Assembly: GCA_002269645.1 (NCBI GenBank)
Contig: NIVC01001718.1
Coordinates: forward strand, 33,107-97,106
From: Macrostomum lignano
Taxonomy: Eukaryota
Length of the DNA: 64,000 nt
Reading direction: 5' to 3'
Shown: positions 35,321-46,000 of the stretch, piece by piece
Layout of the letters: each line of letters opens with the position of its first letter
Numbering within the stretch: position 1 is the stretch's first letter
Program-made: the position numbers and the translations under genes
The notes under the pieces: model-generated
Databases searched by the model: none
Seen by the model: only the letters and a program-made list of their open reading frames with translations
Told to the model about the DNA's origin: nothing

Positions 35321-36211
35321 TTCAGTCGAATTTGTGTCTAACTCACCAGAGGGTATTCCGTGACCTAAAAGGCCCAGTTGGTAAAAAGCGGACAGTCCAA
35401 AGCTAAGTATATTTCGACAAAAAAATAAGTCAGTTTGCTGAAAGCAGATAAAACACGAAAGCGGGCTTTTCAAAATTGTCACTCAGGAGAAAATTGTTGC
35501 CCGCCAAAATGTTTCTGAAAGGTTGCAAGCTAGTTAATTATCTGGTTTAAGAGACACAGGCTAAGGGGATACAACCTGAGACACACAAAGGCATTCCCAA
35601 TTAGCAGGGCCGCTTTGACAGCCTACAACTGAACTTCTTATGACATCCTCTTGTCGGGTGTCTGAGTGTCGGTCGAACAACTATTTATGCCCGTTTCGCG
35701 GGACGTTTTTACATTCATAAACAAAAAGCAAGAGAGAAATAATTGGAATAGAATTGGTCCGTCTCTCTAACGTTATTGTTTGCACTTTGCAAAACCTCAA
35801 AATTCTTAATTTGACGGACAAGTATTTGGCACAGTTTCCACTTTTAAATCTGTCTCACTCGCTTCACTTCAAATGTTGCTTTCGATGAAGACAGACTCAA
35901 CCGAAACAGAAAAGAAAGCTTCGTGTCTGCCTCCTCAAAAAACGGGACTGTCCCATCTAATTCTGGCTTCCCGCTCATTCAGCCTGACAGCTCGAGCCCG
36001 TCTGTGGCCAGCTCCCTCTCGAATCGATTTGTACGATCGACCACAGGACTGAATTAGCCGCTCCGTTTTGCGTTCCCACTGTCCCACTACGCCCAGAGAA
36101 AACGTATTTACTAAGCATAATCTACTCTATATTAACGGGGCTTGTTTGTGATGAAATCTTTTCTAAGCATTAGTAGCTCATAATACTCCAGTAAGTGTGA
36201 TTTCAACTCAC

Positions 36212-36311
36212 CTAAGTTGTCAATGATGCTGGGTCGATGCCTGAACGAAACGTGCGGATGCTCTTCATCTTCCACCATCGTCTCCTTCTGCTGCTCAGCA
36301 TCTTTATCCAT
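36212..36311 (-). CDS. Candidate distal alternative first coding exon of the KCC gene (MDKDAEQQKETMVEDEEHPHVSFRHRPSIIDNL)
   Basis: ATG in aaaATGG context at 36311 starts a 100-nt open frame ending at a consensus donor G|GTGAGT. The phase is 1, the same phase needed by the KCC exon-2 acceptor at 25678. The link to KCC is inferred, not observed. Confidence 0.5.
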
Positions 36312-37304
36312 TTTGCCTCGATTGCTCAGTCAAGTCTTCCTAGCCAACTTTAAGATAGTCTTTGCTGTGTTATTGTTTTCTGCGAATTGTTTCTTCGGTA
36401 TGTTTTAGCAGCGCACTTGGTCTTGCTTAGTCTCAACGGTATGGGTTTTATATATTAGCTTTGCAAGTCTGGCTGGACAGAGTTGTCGGGACAGACTGTG
36501 AGATGAACGCTTTATTTAAAGTTTGGTGCGGCTGGAAAATAACTGGAGATGAGAAAGGAGAGGGTATGAACTATAATGCATTGGCCTTCTTCACTGGTTT
36601 GAGAGGCTGCAGGTCTAAAAATATTCGCACCCAGTGGGTATTGTTTGAGGACAGGCCCGAGGCAGTTGGCAGCGCAGTCGCCCAGCCAGTTTCTGCTTCT
36701 GTTAGTTCTCGAATGAAGCCGGGGCCGCAGGATAGACGAGAAAAAAGGTAAGGGAAAGGTATACAGCCAGCTGTGGCTTTAGCAGTTAGGATGCAGAAGA
36801 ATCTAAAGCTGATAGACTGTTGGACTGGCTGGAGTCTACCGCGACTGTGGAATACGTCATTGTTTGTTCTCGCTCGCTGTCTCTGACTCTCCTTCCTGGC
36901 AATTGGAGATTTGAGAAATAGAAAAACTATGAAGGATAGCTTAGCCCGGCAGAGCGAACTGAAGGAAATTAGAGAGGATGCGAAATTGCCTGTCCGCTAA
37001 GGAATGCCAGATCCTATATTCACTAATCAGACCAGCAAGATTTGGGATGCGCTAGAGACCTATTCGGACTTCTTATTCCCTCTCGTCTCTACCCCCGCCG
37101 CCCGGAGTGTCGCTCCGCGCCCCAGCATCAGCGTGTACAGCCCGCCACCCGGCCTCTCTTCGCAAATGAGTATTTTCTTATGCCCCAAACTGCGCATTAG
37201 CCAATGGAACTGAGGTCTCCGCCCCCTCCGCTGCCACTCCTTCACTTTTCCCCCAACCCACCGAGGTCACTGCAGCTCCTTTTCTTACCCCTCTTCCTCT
37301 CTAC

Positions 37305-37344
<40 letters not shown>

Positions 37345-37987
37345 CTCTCTCTCTCTCTTGCTCACTCTTACTTCTCTCTTGCTCTCCCAAGCCACTTTTT
37401 GTGCCTTCAATTTTTAATCTATTGCTTGGAGCCTTTTGTTTTATTATTTCGCTCAATTTTATTGCGCTATTTACAGCATGTTCGCGGGGATTTAAATCTG
37501 CATTGATCCAGCTCTCTGACAGCACTATGGAGGAATGAGTCGTATATTATTCTGATAAAAAATGAAAAGTACACACAGTTTTAGTTACATGTTAATCAGG
37601 ATTTTTTCAACTTTACATTTTTTAAATCAGTTATAAATTTATCTATTTCATTCTTAGTTAAAGCCTTTAAGGCCTAAAGTAAGTTTAAACTTCGTTTCCT
37701 TATTTTATTAGGGAACATAGTAGCTTTATATCCATAGGCTTTCCTTATCTATCCATCTTATTATTTCTGCATGACCGTAATTCCCTCTGGCATCGCGGAT
37801 CCCTGTGGAGGGAAAAGTATGCGATCTTGATTAGTAAGACAACCGAAATTGCCTATAGTACACTCGATCGACTCCCCTCGAATACGGCTGCAGGAGTTCG
37901 TCACTCTCAGGGCTCTCACCTTTTTTTGCGCTCACGGTTCCAATTTTTCCACCTTATTCGATCCTCTCTTTCCCTCTCTCCCTGCAG

Positions 37988-38103
37988 CAGCAAGGGTGTG
38001 TTTGCGCGCTTTTCATCTTCATCCAGCCGCTCTTTGCTTCACGAAATTCTGGCGAGCGGTGGAGGAGCCGGCAGCTACCCTCGCCTCGCCCGGGGCTTGC
38101 GAG
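37988..38103 (+). other. Candidate non-coding 5' exon, possibly of the claudin-like gene
   Basis: A long pyrimidine tract ends in ctgcag| and the donor is gag|gtaggg. There is no ATG inside. Confidence 0.3.
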
Positions 38104-38863
38104 GTAGGGAAGGGAAATGTCAGGCCCCCCTGCGGCGATCCCGGCTGGGAAGCGGAGGCGGATTGATGCGCCAGCAATGCACGGCTGTGTGGGGATTCGA
38201 GTGCGCCGCCCCCCCCCCACCCGCGTGAATGGCAAGAAGATAGTGATGAAGAGAGAGAGAGAGCGAGTTCGAACAACTTTTGAATCCGCTTGCAGACAGC
38301 TGCTGATCCGTAGGCGCCAGCGCAGATGTGTTTTATCCCAGATGCCTTCAGTACCTTCAATGGGCTTCTAATTTGAGGCTTTAGTAAAGACTAAGTCGCT
38401 TCAATCAACGCTGGTGGCGAAAATCCCTTAGTAAAGTACCAACTGCTCTCCTTTCCTTCCCCCCTCTCGAAGCTGACGCCCCTTGATGAGGCCACTTGAT
38501 TGAAAAATTTGGTGAAGATCGACCTCTGCTACCAAACGAAAGTAAAGACAATTAGAGGGTCGAACAGTGCCAACAGAACATTTGTTTTTCTTTTTGACTC
38601 TGGGTTTCCTAGGCAGAAAATGCTAAGTCGATTAACTGATAGAGATAATGTACAATGCGTCAGTAATGAATGCCATTAGTAAACTCCACGCAAAGAAATG
38701 TATTATATAGCTCGTAATCTAATTTTACGTTATAATCCTACTACTTCAAGTAGGATACTTGAAATAATATAAAGAATCATGTACAATCTCAAATTGTTAT
38801 TTGATTTTTCACTTTTTGGGAATTTTAGAAACATTCTGGACTTTTGAAGATTATGCGTGGTAA

Positions 38864-39156
38864 GCACCAAGGGGCTTTAGCACCAAGGGGCTTTAGCACC
38901 AAGGGGCTTTAGCACCAAGGGGCTTTAGCACCAAGGGGCTTTAGCACCAAGGGGCTTTAGCACCAAGGGGCTTTAGCACCAAGGGGCTTTAGCACCAAGG
39001 GGCTTTAGCACCAAGGGGCTTTAGCACCAAGGGGCTTTAGCACCAAGGGGCTTTAGCACCAAGGGGCTTTAGCACCAAGGGGCTTTAGCACCAAGGGGCT
39101 TTAGCACCAAGGGGCTTTAGCACCAAGGGGCTTTAGCACCAAGGGGCGCCAGCACC
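38864..39156 (-). repeat. 16-bp satellite (taaagccccttggtgc), reverse orientation, about 18 units
   Basis: Exact reverse complement of the 55858-57070 array unit. Confidence 0.97.
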
Positions 39157-39581
39157 TTTTTTCAAGTAAACAAATCCAAGTAACGCAGTGCATATTAAAC
39201 AGTAGTAAACAATTGACTATTAAATTTACTGTCATACAGAGCAGTCAACTATGGACAATAGATCAGCTTGTGCTTCCAGGCTAGCTAACCTGCTCGAAAC
39301 GGCCGTCGTTTCTTCTTTACCCATCGCGAGGTCGGGATCTCACTGATCTGCTGGCAGCTGCTGCTAGGATAATATAATTGTTCTTTCCTCATGCCCCCTG
39401 CTCACCCTGAGACTTTACCAGCGCACGCATCATCTCCCATGAGACGGGCAGCGCGGTGTCCAGAGCAGGGCAGAGATGATCTGATTATGCCAGTCAGTGC
39501 CAGCCCCTCTCCGTAGCTGAATCTCTTTCCGGCTCCCCAGAGGCAGCGGCTGTCTGCCGTATTTTGCCCGTGCTCCCCGGC

Positions 39582-39588
39582 TATAAAA
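39582..39588 (+). promoter_or_regulatory. TATA box candidate upstream of the claudin-like gene
   Basis: TATAAAA lies 162 nt upstream of the ATG in a GC-rich context. Confidence 0.4.
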
Positions 39589-39743
39589 CATCCCGGACCT
39601 TCGTCCAACCATCTGTTGTCGGCGGCAGCAGAAATTCGCAGAAAAAAGTCTAACTGAACGGCCTGCCAATAGACTCAGCCGGTCTCAGCATATCCGGTTG
39701 ATACGGCTAGTAGCTGGTTGGCTTCATTGAAGAGCGCGTCAAG

Positions 39744-41375
39744 ATGTCCCGACTTCTGCAGAAGATCGCCTTCTTGGTCTTCACCGGGTCCGGCGGTGCA
39801 GCCACCGTGCTCATGTTGATCGCGGTGGCCACCCCGCAGTGGATTATCATCAAGGAGCTGTCCATCAAGAACATGCGCGGCATCTCCGTACGATTCAACA
39901 TGATCACCCATTCGGGTCTGTGGTGGTTCTGCTCTAGGATTGCACCCGAGCAGGGTGCCATTGAAGACAGTCAGGAGGAATGCGACACCATCTCTTATAA
40001 GGATTTTCGAGTGCAACTGCAGTACGAGAACTTCCTGCAGCCCATGGTCACGTTTTCCCTGATCAGTAAGGTTTTTTTCCTTACAATCGTGCTATTTGCT
40101 TGTGGGATTGCTTAAGTTACTAATAATAGCAGTAATAATAATAATAATAGTAATAATTGATTACACCAGCCCCAATAGATGTGAAGCCGACAGCTCAGCC
40201 GCAGCTATTGCACGGCGCATCTGAAGGCTGCGTACGGCTGTTCAGTCCAAGGACTGGGGGGTCGCCACACACACCCTCAATGACCCCAGCTAATCCTGGC
40301 ACCCATTTTACACCTGACTAACTGAAGCAATGCAGAGTTAAGCGTCTTGCTCAGGGACACAAATTGTTCCGAGTAGGTCGAGAATCGAACCCCAGAGTCC
40401 GACACTCTAATCACTAAGCTGCAATCCTATCTGATAAACTTTACAGTACTTTACAGCAAATTTCCATGCTATTCTACCTGACTCTGAAGCTGAAGTTACC
40501 AAATTTTCAGACAACTTCAAGATGGGCACGCCGCTCTACATGGTCAGCCTGGCCTTCCTCATCATCGCCAATGTGATGTCGCTGTTTCAAAACTCCAACA
40601 GAATCTTCTTCCCGTTCATCAACGCGATATTGTTGATATTTTCGAGTAAGGCGGCAATTTTTATCCAACCGAGATTTGTTTGTTATCAATCAACTGATTA
40701 GTCTACTGCTACTCAGATCCTATCAGGATCTCTTGAAATCAATAGCAATAGCAAACCCATGCACGCGCAGGCCTACTGCTGTCCATGGGCTGCATCTACT
40801 TCATCGGCGCAGTGGACTTCGAAGGCCTCAACGATCACCCGGAGGAGAAGGACCGGCCCGTGAGCTATGAATTCGGCTACTGCTTCAAGCTGGTCTGGCT
40901 CTCCTTCCTCCTTGAGAACCTGGCCATCGCTGTCAACGTCTACCTGTGGATGAGCTACCGCAGCGAGGACCTGAAGCATCAGCGAGAAAATATTGCCAGC
41001 TTCAAGAACATCGCCATGCAGATGGTGCCGCTGGGACGCGGCGGCCGAGGCGCCACAGCATCCTCCGTCGAGCGGGGCACTCGGGCGCCGTTCGCTGCCG
41101 CCGCTTGCACCTGCACTGGCGGAGACGTCGCCGGGGGGCCCTCAGCTCCGACCGCTGGCGATCCGGTCGCCTCCGCTATCGACCAGGAGGTCGGACCGGA
41201 GTCTAGCGAAGCGCCTCAGCCGGCGCAGCCGCAGTCGGCGCAGCAGCAGCGACTGGAGTTGGCCATGCAGCACTGGGGCTTTCTGAAGAGCCCCGCCAAG
41301 CTGAGCCGGCTCGAGCAGAAGCGGGCTGACAGCCTCGCCCGCCAGGTGATGGTGCGAGCCACCACCAGCAAGTGA
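39744..41375 (+). CDS. PMP22/EMP/MP20/claudin-superfamily four-pass membrane protein, 3 exons, 353 aa
   Basis: Exons are 39744-40065, 40511-40645 and 40771-41375, with both junctions phase 1 (A|gtaagg donors), 1062 nt in total. TM1 is followed by the W...GLWxxC...C loop signature (TPQW...HSGLWWFC...ECD). Three more hydrophobic segments follow, YEFGYCF precedes TM4, and the C-tail is long and Ala/Gln-rich. Confidence 0.85.
40119..40425 (-). mobile_element. Full-length tRNA-derived CORE-like SINE in intron 1 of the claudin-like gene
   Basis: The reverse complement shows an A-box (gcttagtgattagag), a B-box (gggttcgattc), ccctgagcaagacgcttaac, the shared body and an (ATT)n tail. Confidence 0.85.
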
Positions 41376-41551
41376 ACTGGGCGAGATCGGAGCTGAAAAG
41401 TCCTGGTCATCCTTCATGCTAATTTTTCTAAAAGGTGAGAACAGACTGACAGCTACTAAAAGGCACAACGGCTCTCGGACGTAGAAAGTGTCAAACCTAA
41501 AAGCACAAAAAACTAAAGCACTGACACTAAAATTTCTCTTGGTGTTTAACC

Positions 41552-41557
41552 AATAAA
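41552..41557 (+). terminator. Polyadenylation signal candidate of the claudin-like gene
   Basis: First AATAAA after the stop, about 180 nt downstream. Confidence 0.45.
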
Positions 41558-43087
41558 TGCTTGTTATGTACTTTATAGAATCTTCAGTGTCAGCTGAGTA
41601 ACATAAAGAGTAACATAAAAGTTACTCTTAAAATAGCAAATACACGAGTCAATTAGGCAAAGTTCTTTGGCAATGATGTCATTGAGTTGACTGTTAGTTA
41701 ATATAAAAGTTAATACAAAATAGCTCGTATATTGCAAAACAATCAATCCACTCTATACTTTGAACGTATCATTCCGCTGATAATTTCTTTCAGAAATTTT
41801 AAAATGAAATAAGTCATTCTACACAGTACTAACTACTTACGCAATAGTAGTTGCATGTTCTAAAGTGTCTAACATTGCCACATACAGGGATAGTACTCTT
41901 TTAGTAAATAAAAACTCTTTTGTCATTGTCACAATGTCACACAACCGGCGAGGGGCATTACTGCCCATTCCGCCGACTCCCCTGAGCAGGCACACAAGCG
42001 CGCGGATACGTACGCAGTCACACGCACAGGCACACACTCACACAGGAGTGTTCAGCGGCCCTAACTTTATTTATCGTTAGGCATGTACACTTCACTGTGC
42101 CTTGGGGGTTGGCCCTCAAGGCCGTTAATTGAGCCAAGCCGAGATTCCAATTCAGCCCCAAATTAATGCTACTGCACTTGGAATCGAGCCTGTGGCACAT
42201 CAGAGCGCCGCGCCAGACCATTACGCCCCCCTCAATATCTCTTTAATTAACCCTTCTTAATAATCCCCGTTTTTTCTTCAAAATTCTCATTTTGTATCCT
42301 TAAAAAATCCCTATCCTATTTGCTCTTTTTGGCGGCGTTCGAATCCTGCAGTCTTTCTTGATGCAATCGCAGCCACGCCCTCGAATCAGGGGTGGGGGGG
42401 GGGGAGGGGCAGAGGGGAGAGAGTTAAGGCGGCAAAATTTCCTGCAAAGCATTTGATGGAAAGAAGAGCCGATCTAAAAACAAACACGACTCATCTTTCG
42501 CACTGCTGTCTCAGTTTTCTAGTCACGGCAGCAAAATTTCTGTTCCATCTTGCTGCTTTTTTCTTCTAGAGGAAAAAGGGGGCGAGAGAAGGATTGTTAG
42601 CTCGTAGCTAGCGGAGTAACTCGAGTCATCAAGCCCCATCCCCATTAGGAATATTAGATAACGATTCGATGCTGCGACTGTTGTTGTCGGGGGCGAAGAA
42701 AATGCGGAGACAGTGGACGGGATGAGGCTGGGGGGGGGGGAGGCTGGACCCCCTTCGCCCCTCCCCTGTCCTTCCATCCACATTTTTCGATCGGGTTTTA
42801 GAAGCGCCCCGCCCTGTCACTTCTGAGGCCGGCTTCCGTTAAGCTGAACGGCTTGGCCACAGTCCGATTGGCCGGATGGGGAATACGGGGTGACGGAGGG
42901 GAAGCGAGAGGGATAGAGGGGGAGAGTGGGAACGCTTAAGCATATTTTGTGCTCACGATGGGGTGACGCGTGGGTGCGGCTTCACTGCATATGGTCATCA
43001 GATTTCCCATATGCGCATTGCTGCTGGGCTGGGCTTTAAAATTTAATTCATTTGTCAGAGGTTCAATCGGAGGGGGCAAACCCGGTG

Positions 43088-46000
43088 ATGATGGACCAGC
43101 AGCAGCTGCTTCTCCGCATCATCCTGCCAGCCTGCGGTGGCGCTGTCGGGCTCGCTGCTCTGCTGTTTGCCATCGGACTGCTGTGCCACCGGCTGGCCAG
43201 ATGCTGCAGTTGCTGCTCCACAGGTGACAAGTCCTTGGAGGAGATTTCGCACAGGTGAGCGCTGCCTATATTACCTGCTGATGGTGACAGGGCCCTTTAG
43301 TCTATCAGTCTAGTGGTCAGAGCGTCGGACTCACGACTTGAAAGTCGGGAGTTCGATTCCTGATCCTACTCGGAACAATTTGTGTCCTTGAGCAAGACAC
43401 TTTACCCTCTCTGCATTGCTTCAGTTCTCGCCAACTGTAAAATGGGTGCCAGCATTAGCTGGGGTAATTGAGGGTGTGTGGCGACCCCCCAGTCATTGGA
43501 CTGAACAGCCGTACTCAGCCTTCAGATGCGCCGCGCAATAGCTGCGGCTGAGCTGTCGGTTGCACATCGGGCCAATATTATTATGATTACTATCAGGCAA
43601 GTGGCGACGACAGTCTACCCGAAGACAGTGACATCCACAGGCACTCACTCACGCAGGGTGTACAGCGGCCCTGACTTTCTCAACGTCAGGCAGTGTGTGC
43701 ACAGCCTGCTGCACCTGGGTTGATACTCAGACGGAGTTCGGAGCAAGAATTCAGGGGGGGGCATTGACACCAAATTAGAAGTGAGTCCCTGCTGTAGTGA
43801 ATGACGGACAGACAGACAGCAGGCTACCAGATAATAATTAGTAATTGCAAATAAACTGACAGAGTAGTGGCGCAGCTCAAAGGTGAGTTAGCGCTCCCGC
43901 AGATGCGAGCGGAAGAGAGATAGAGAGAGAGAGAGACCGTGAACAGTAAAAATCTACAATTGAGAAATCGGCCCCAATTATGAGTGCTACCCGACCCCCC
44001 CCCCGCAAGCGCGGCCCTTCATCCGCTCTGCTCTTACCTCTCATCCTCATGTCCTCTCTCAATGATGAGGTGAGCAGCAGAGCCATCGCGCCTAGCTAGC
44101 TGTATTCATAAATAATAATTACAGGCATTGCAAAATTTGCAAATTTAATTGCTTCGCTTTTAATAGTTTGTTTTAATTATATATATTTGTATGGTAGCTT
44201 GCCTTTAAATTCAATCAAATTTAGCGACGCTTTGTTAAAAACTAAATACTTATAACTATTAACTAAGAAATATAAATAGACTCTGAAATGACATTCAGAC
44301 ACAATGACATTGAGACACACTGAATGACATTGAGACACAATGACATTAAGACACACTAACATTGAGATACAATGATTGAGACACAATAACATTGAGATAC
44401 AATGACATTGAGACACAATAACATTGAGATACAATGACATTGAGACACACTGAATGACATTGAGACACAATGACGTTGAGACACACTGAATGACATTGAG
44501 ACACACTAACATTAAGATACAATGAAATTGAGACACAATGACATTAAGGCACAATAGCATTGAGACACAATGACATTGAGACAAAATGACATTAAGACAC
44601 AATGACATTAAGACACAATGACATTGAGATACGCTGAGGCTCATTTAAACTCAACCCCCCCCCCAACTGCAGGCGGCGGCCTCAGCAGGTGATATCGCAC
44701 GAGGTGCGCAGCCTGCCAGACGTTGATCCGCTGCACCTGTTTGCGCCAAACGAACGGCAGCCAGTCTGCATCTATCGAAGCGGCGAGCAGCCGGACATTG
44801 GCGCCATCTTCACGGTGGAGACCAGCAGACTGCGAAGTAGCTGTTGTGAGACCCCTTTGCCTTTCTGACTGCATTGCATTCTGTAATGTTATGGGTTCTG
44901 GCTAAATAGACTGTTCTGTTCTGTTCTGTTCTGTTCTGTTCTGTTCTGTTCTGTTCTGTTCTGTTCTGTTCTGTTCTGTTCTGTTCTGTTCTGTTCTGTT
45001 CTGTTCTGTTCTGTTCTGTTCTGTTCTATTCTGTTCTATTCTGTTCTGTTCTGTTCTGTTCTGTTCTGTTCTGTTCTGTTCTGTCCTGTTCTGTTCTGTT
45101 CTGTTCTGTTCTGTTCTGTCCTGTTCTGTCCTGTTCTGTTCTGTTCTGTTCTGTTCTGTTCTGTTCTGTTTTATTCTGTTCTGTTCTGTTCTGTTCTGTT
45201 CTGTTCTGTTATGTTCTGTTCTGTTCCATTCTGTTCTGTTCTGTTCTGTTCTGTCCTGTCGCTCACTCCAGCCTCTCCAGCGTCAGATGGGGTGAGCCAT
45301 CTAGCTCACGCTCGGCAGATTCCGAGCACTGTTCATGATTAGCCGCTTGTATATCGATCGGCGCAGCTCAATTTGTGTCCCAACCCTTGAATCTGAGGCG
45401 CAGTTTCTCATCATATTTATTTATTGATCGGATCTTCTTAGCCAGTCTAAATAGTGCAAAATGGCCGAATACGAACTAGAAATTAATTTTTGCCACTCCA
45501 CTCGGTTAATTTGAACCACTGCAGCCGCCAAAATCGAGAGATCTACTCGACAGAAGGGCTCCAGCAGCAGTGAGTCAGCATTTAATAACTGATTTTGCTT
45601 TTTGCTTTTGAGCATTCTGGTTTCGAATTAGAGTTTGCTTTGATATTCTCATCAGTAATTTGCATCAAGCAGTTTGCACCTGAACCAATGTAGTTTGCAC
45701 CTGAAGCAATGTAGTTTGCACCTGAAGCAATGTAGTTTGCACCTGAAGCAATATAGTTTGCACCTGAAGCAATATAGCTTACACCTGAAGCAATATAGTT
45801 TACACCTGAAGCAATATAGCTTACACCTGAAGCAATATAGTTTACACCTGAAGCAATATAGTTTACACCTGAAGCAATATAGTTTACACCTGAAGCAATA
45901 TAGTTTACACCTGAAGCAATATAGTTTACACCTGAAGCAATATAGTTTACACCTGAAGCAATATATAGTTTGCACCTGAAGCAATATAGTTTACACCTGA

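Noticed and set aside
43300-43370. Possible tRNA gene (also 40360-40425 on the minus strand)
   Set aside because: A and B boxes are present, but there is no complete cloverleaf and each continues into a shared SINE body.
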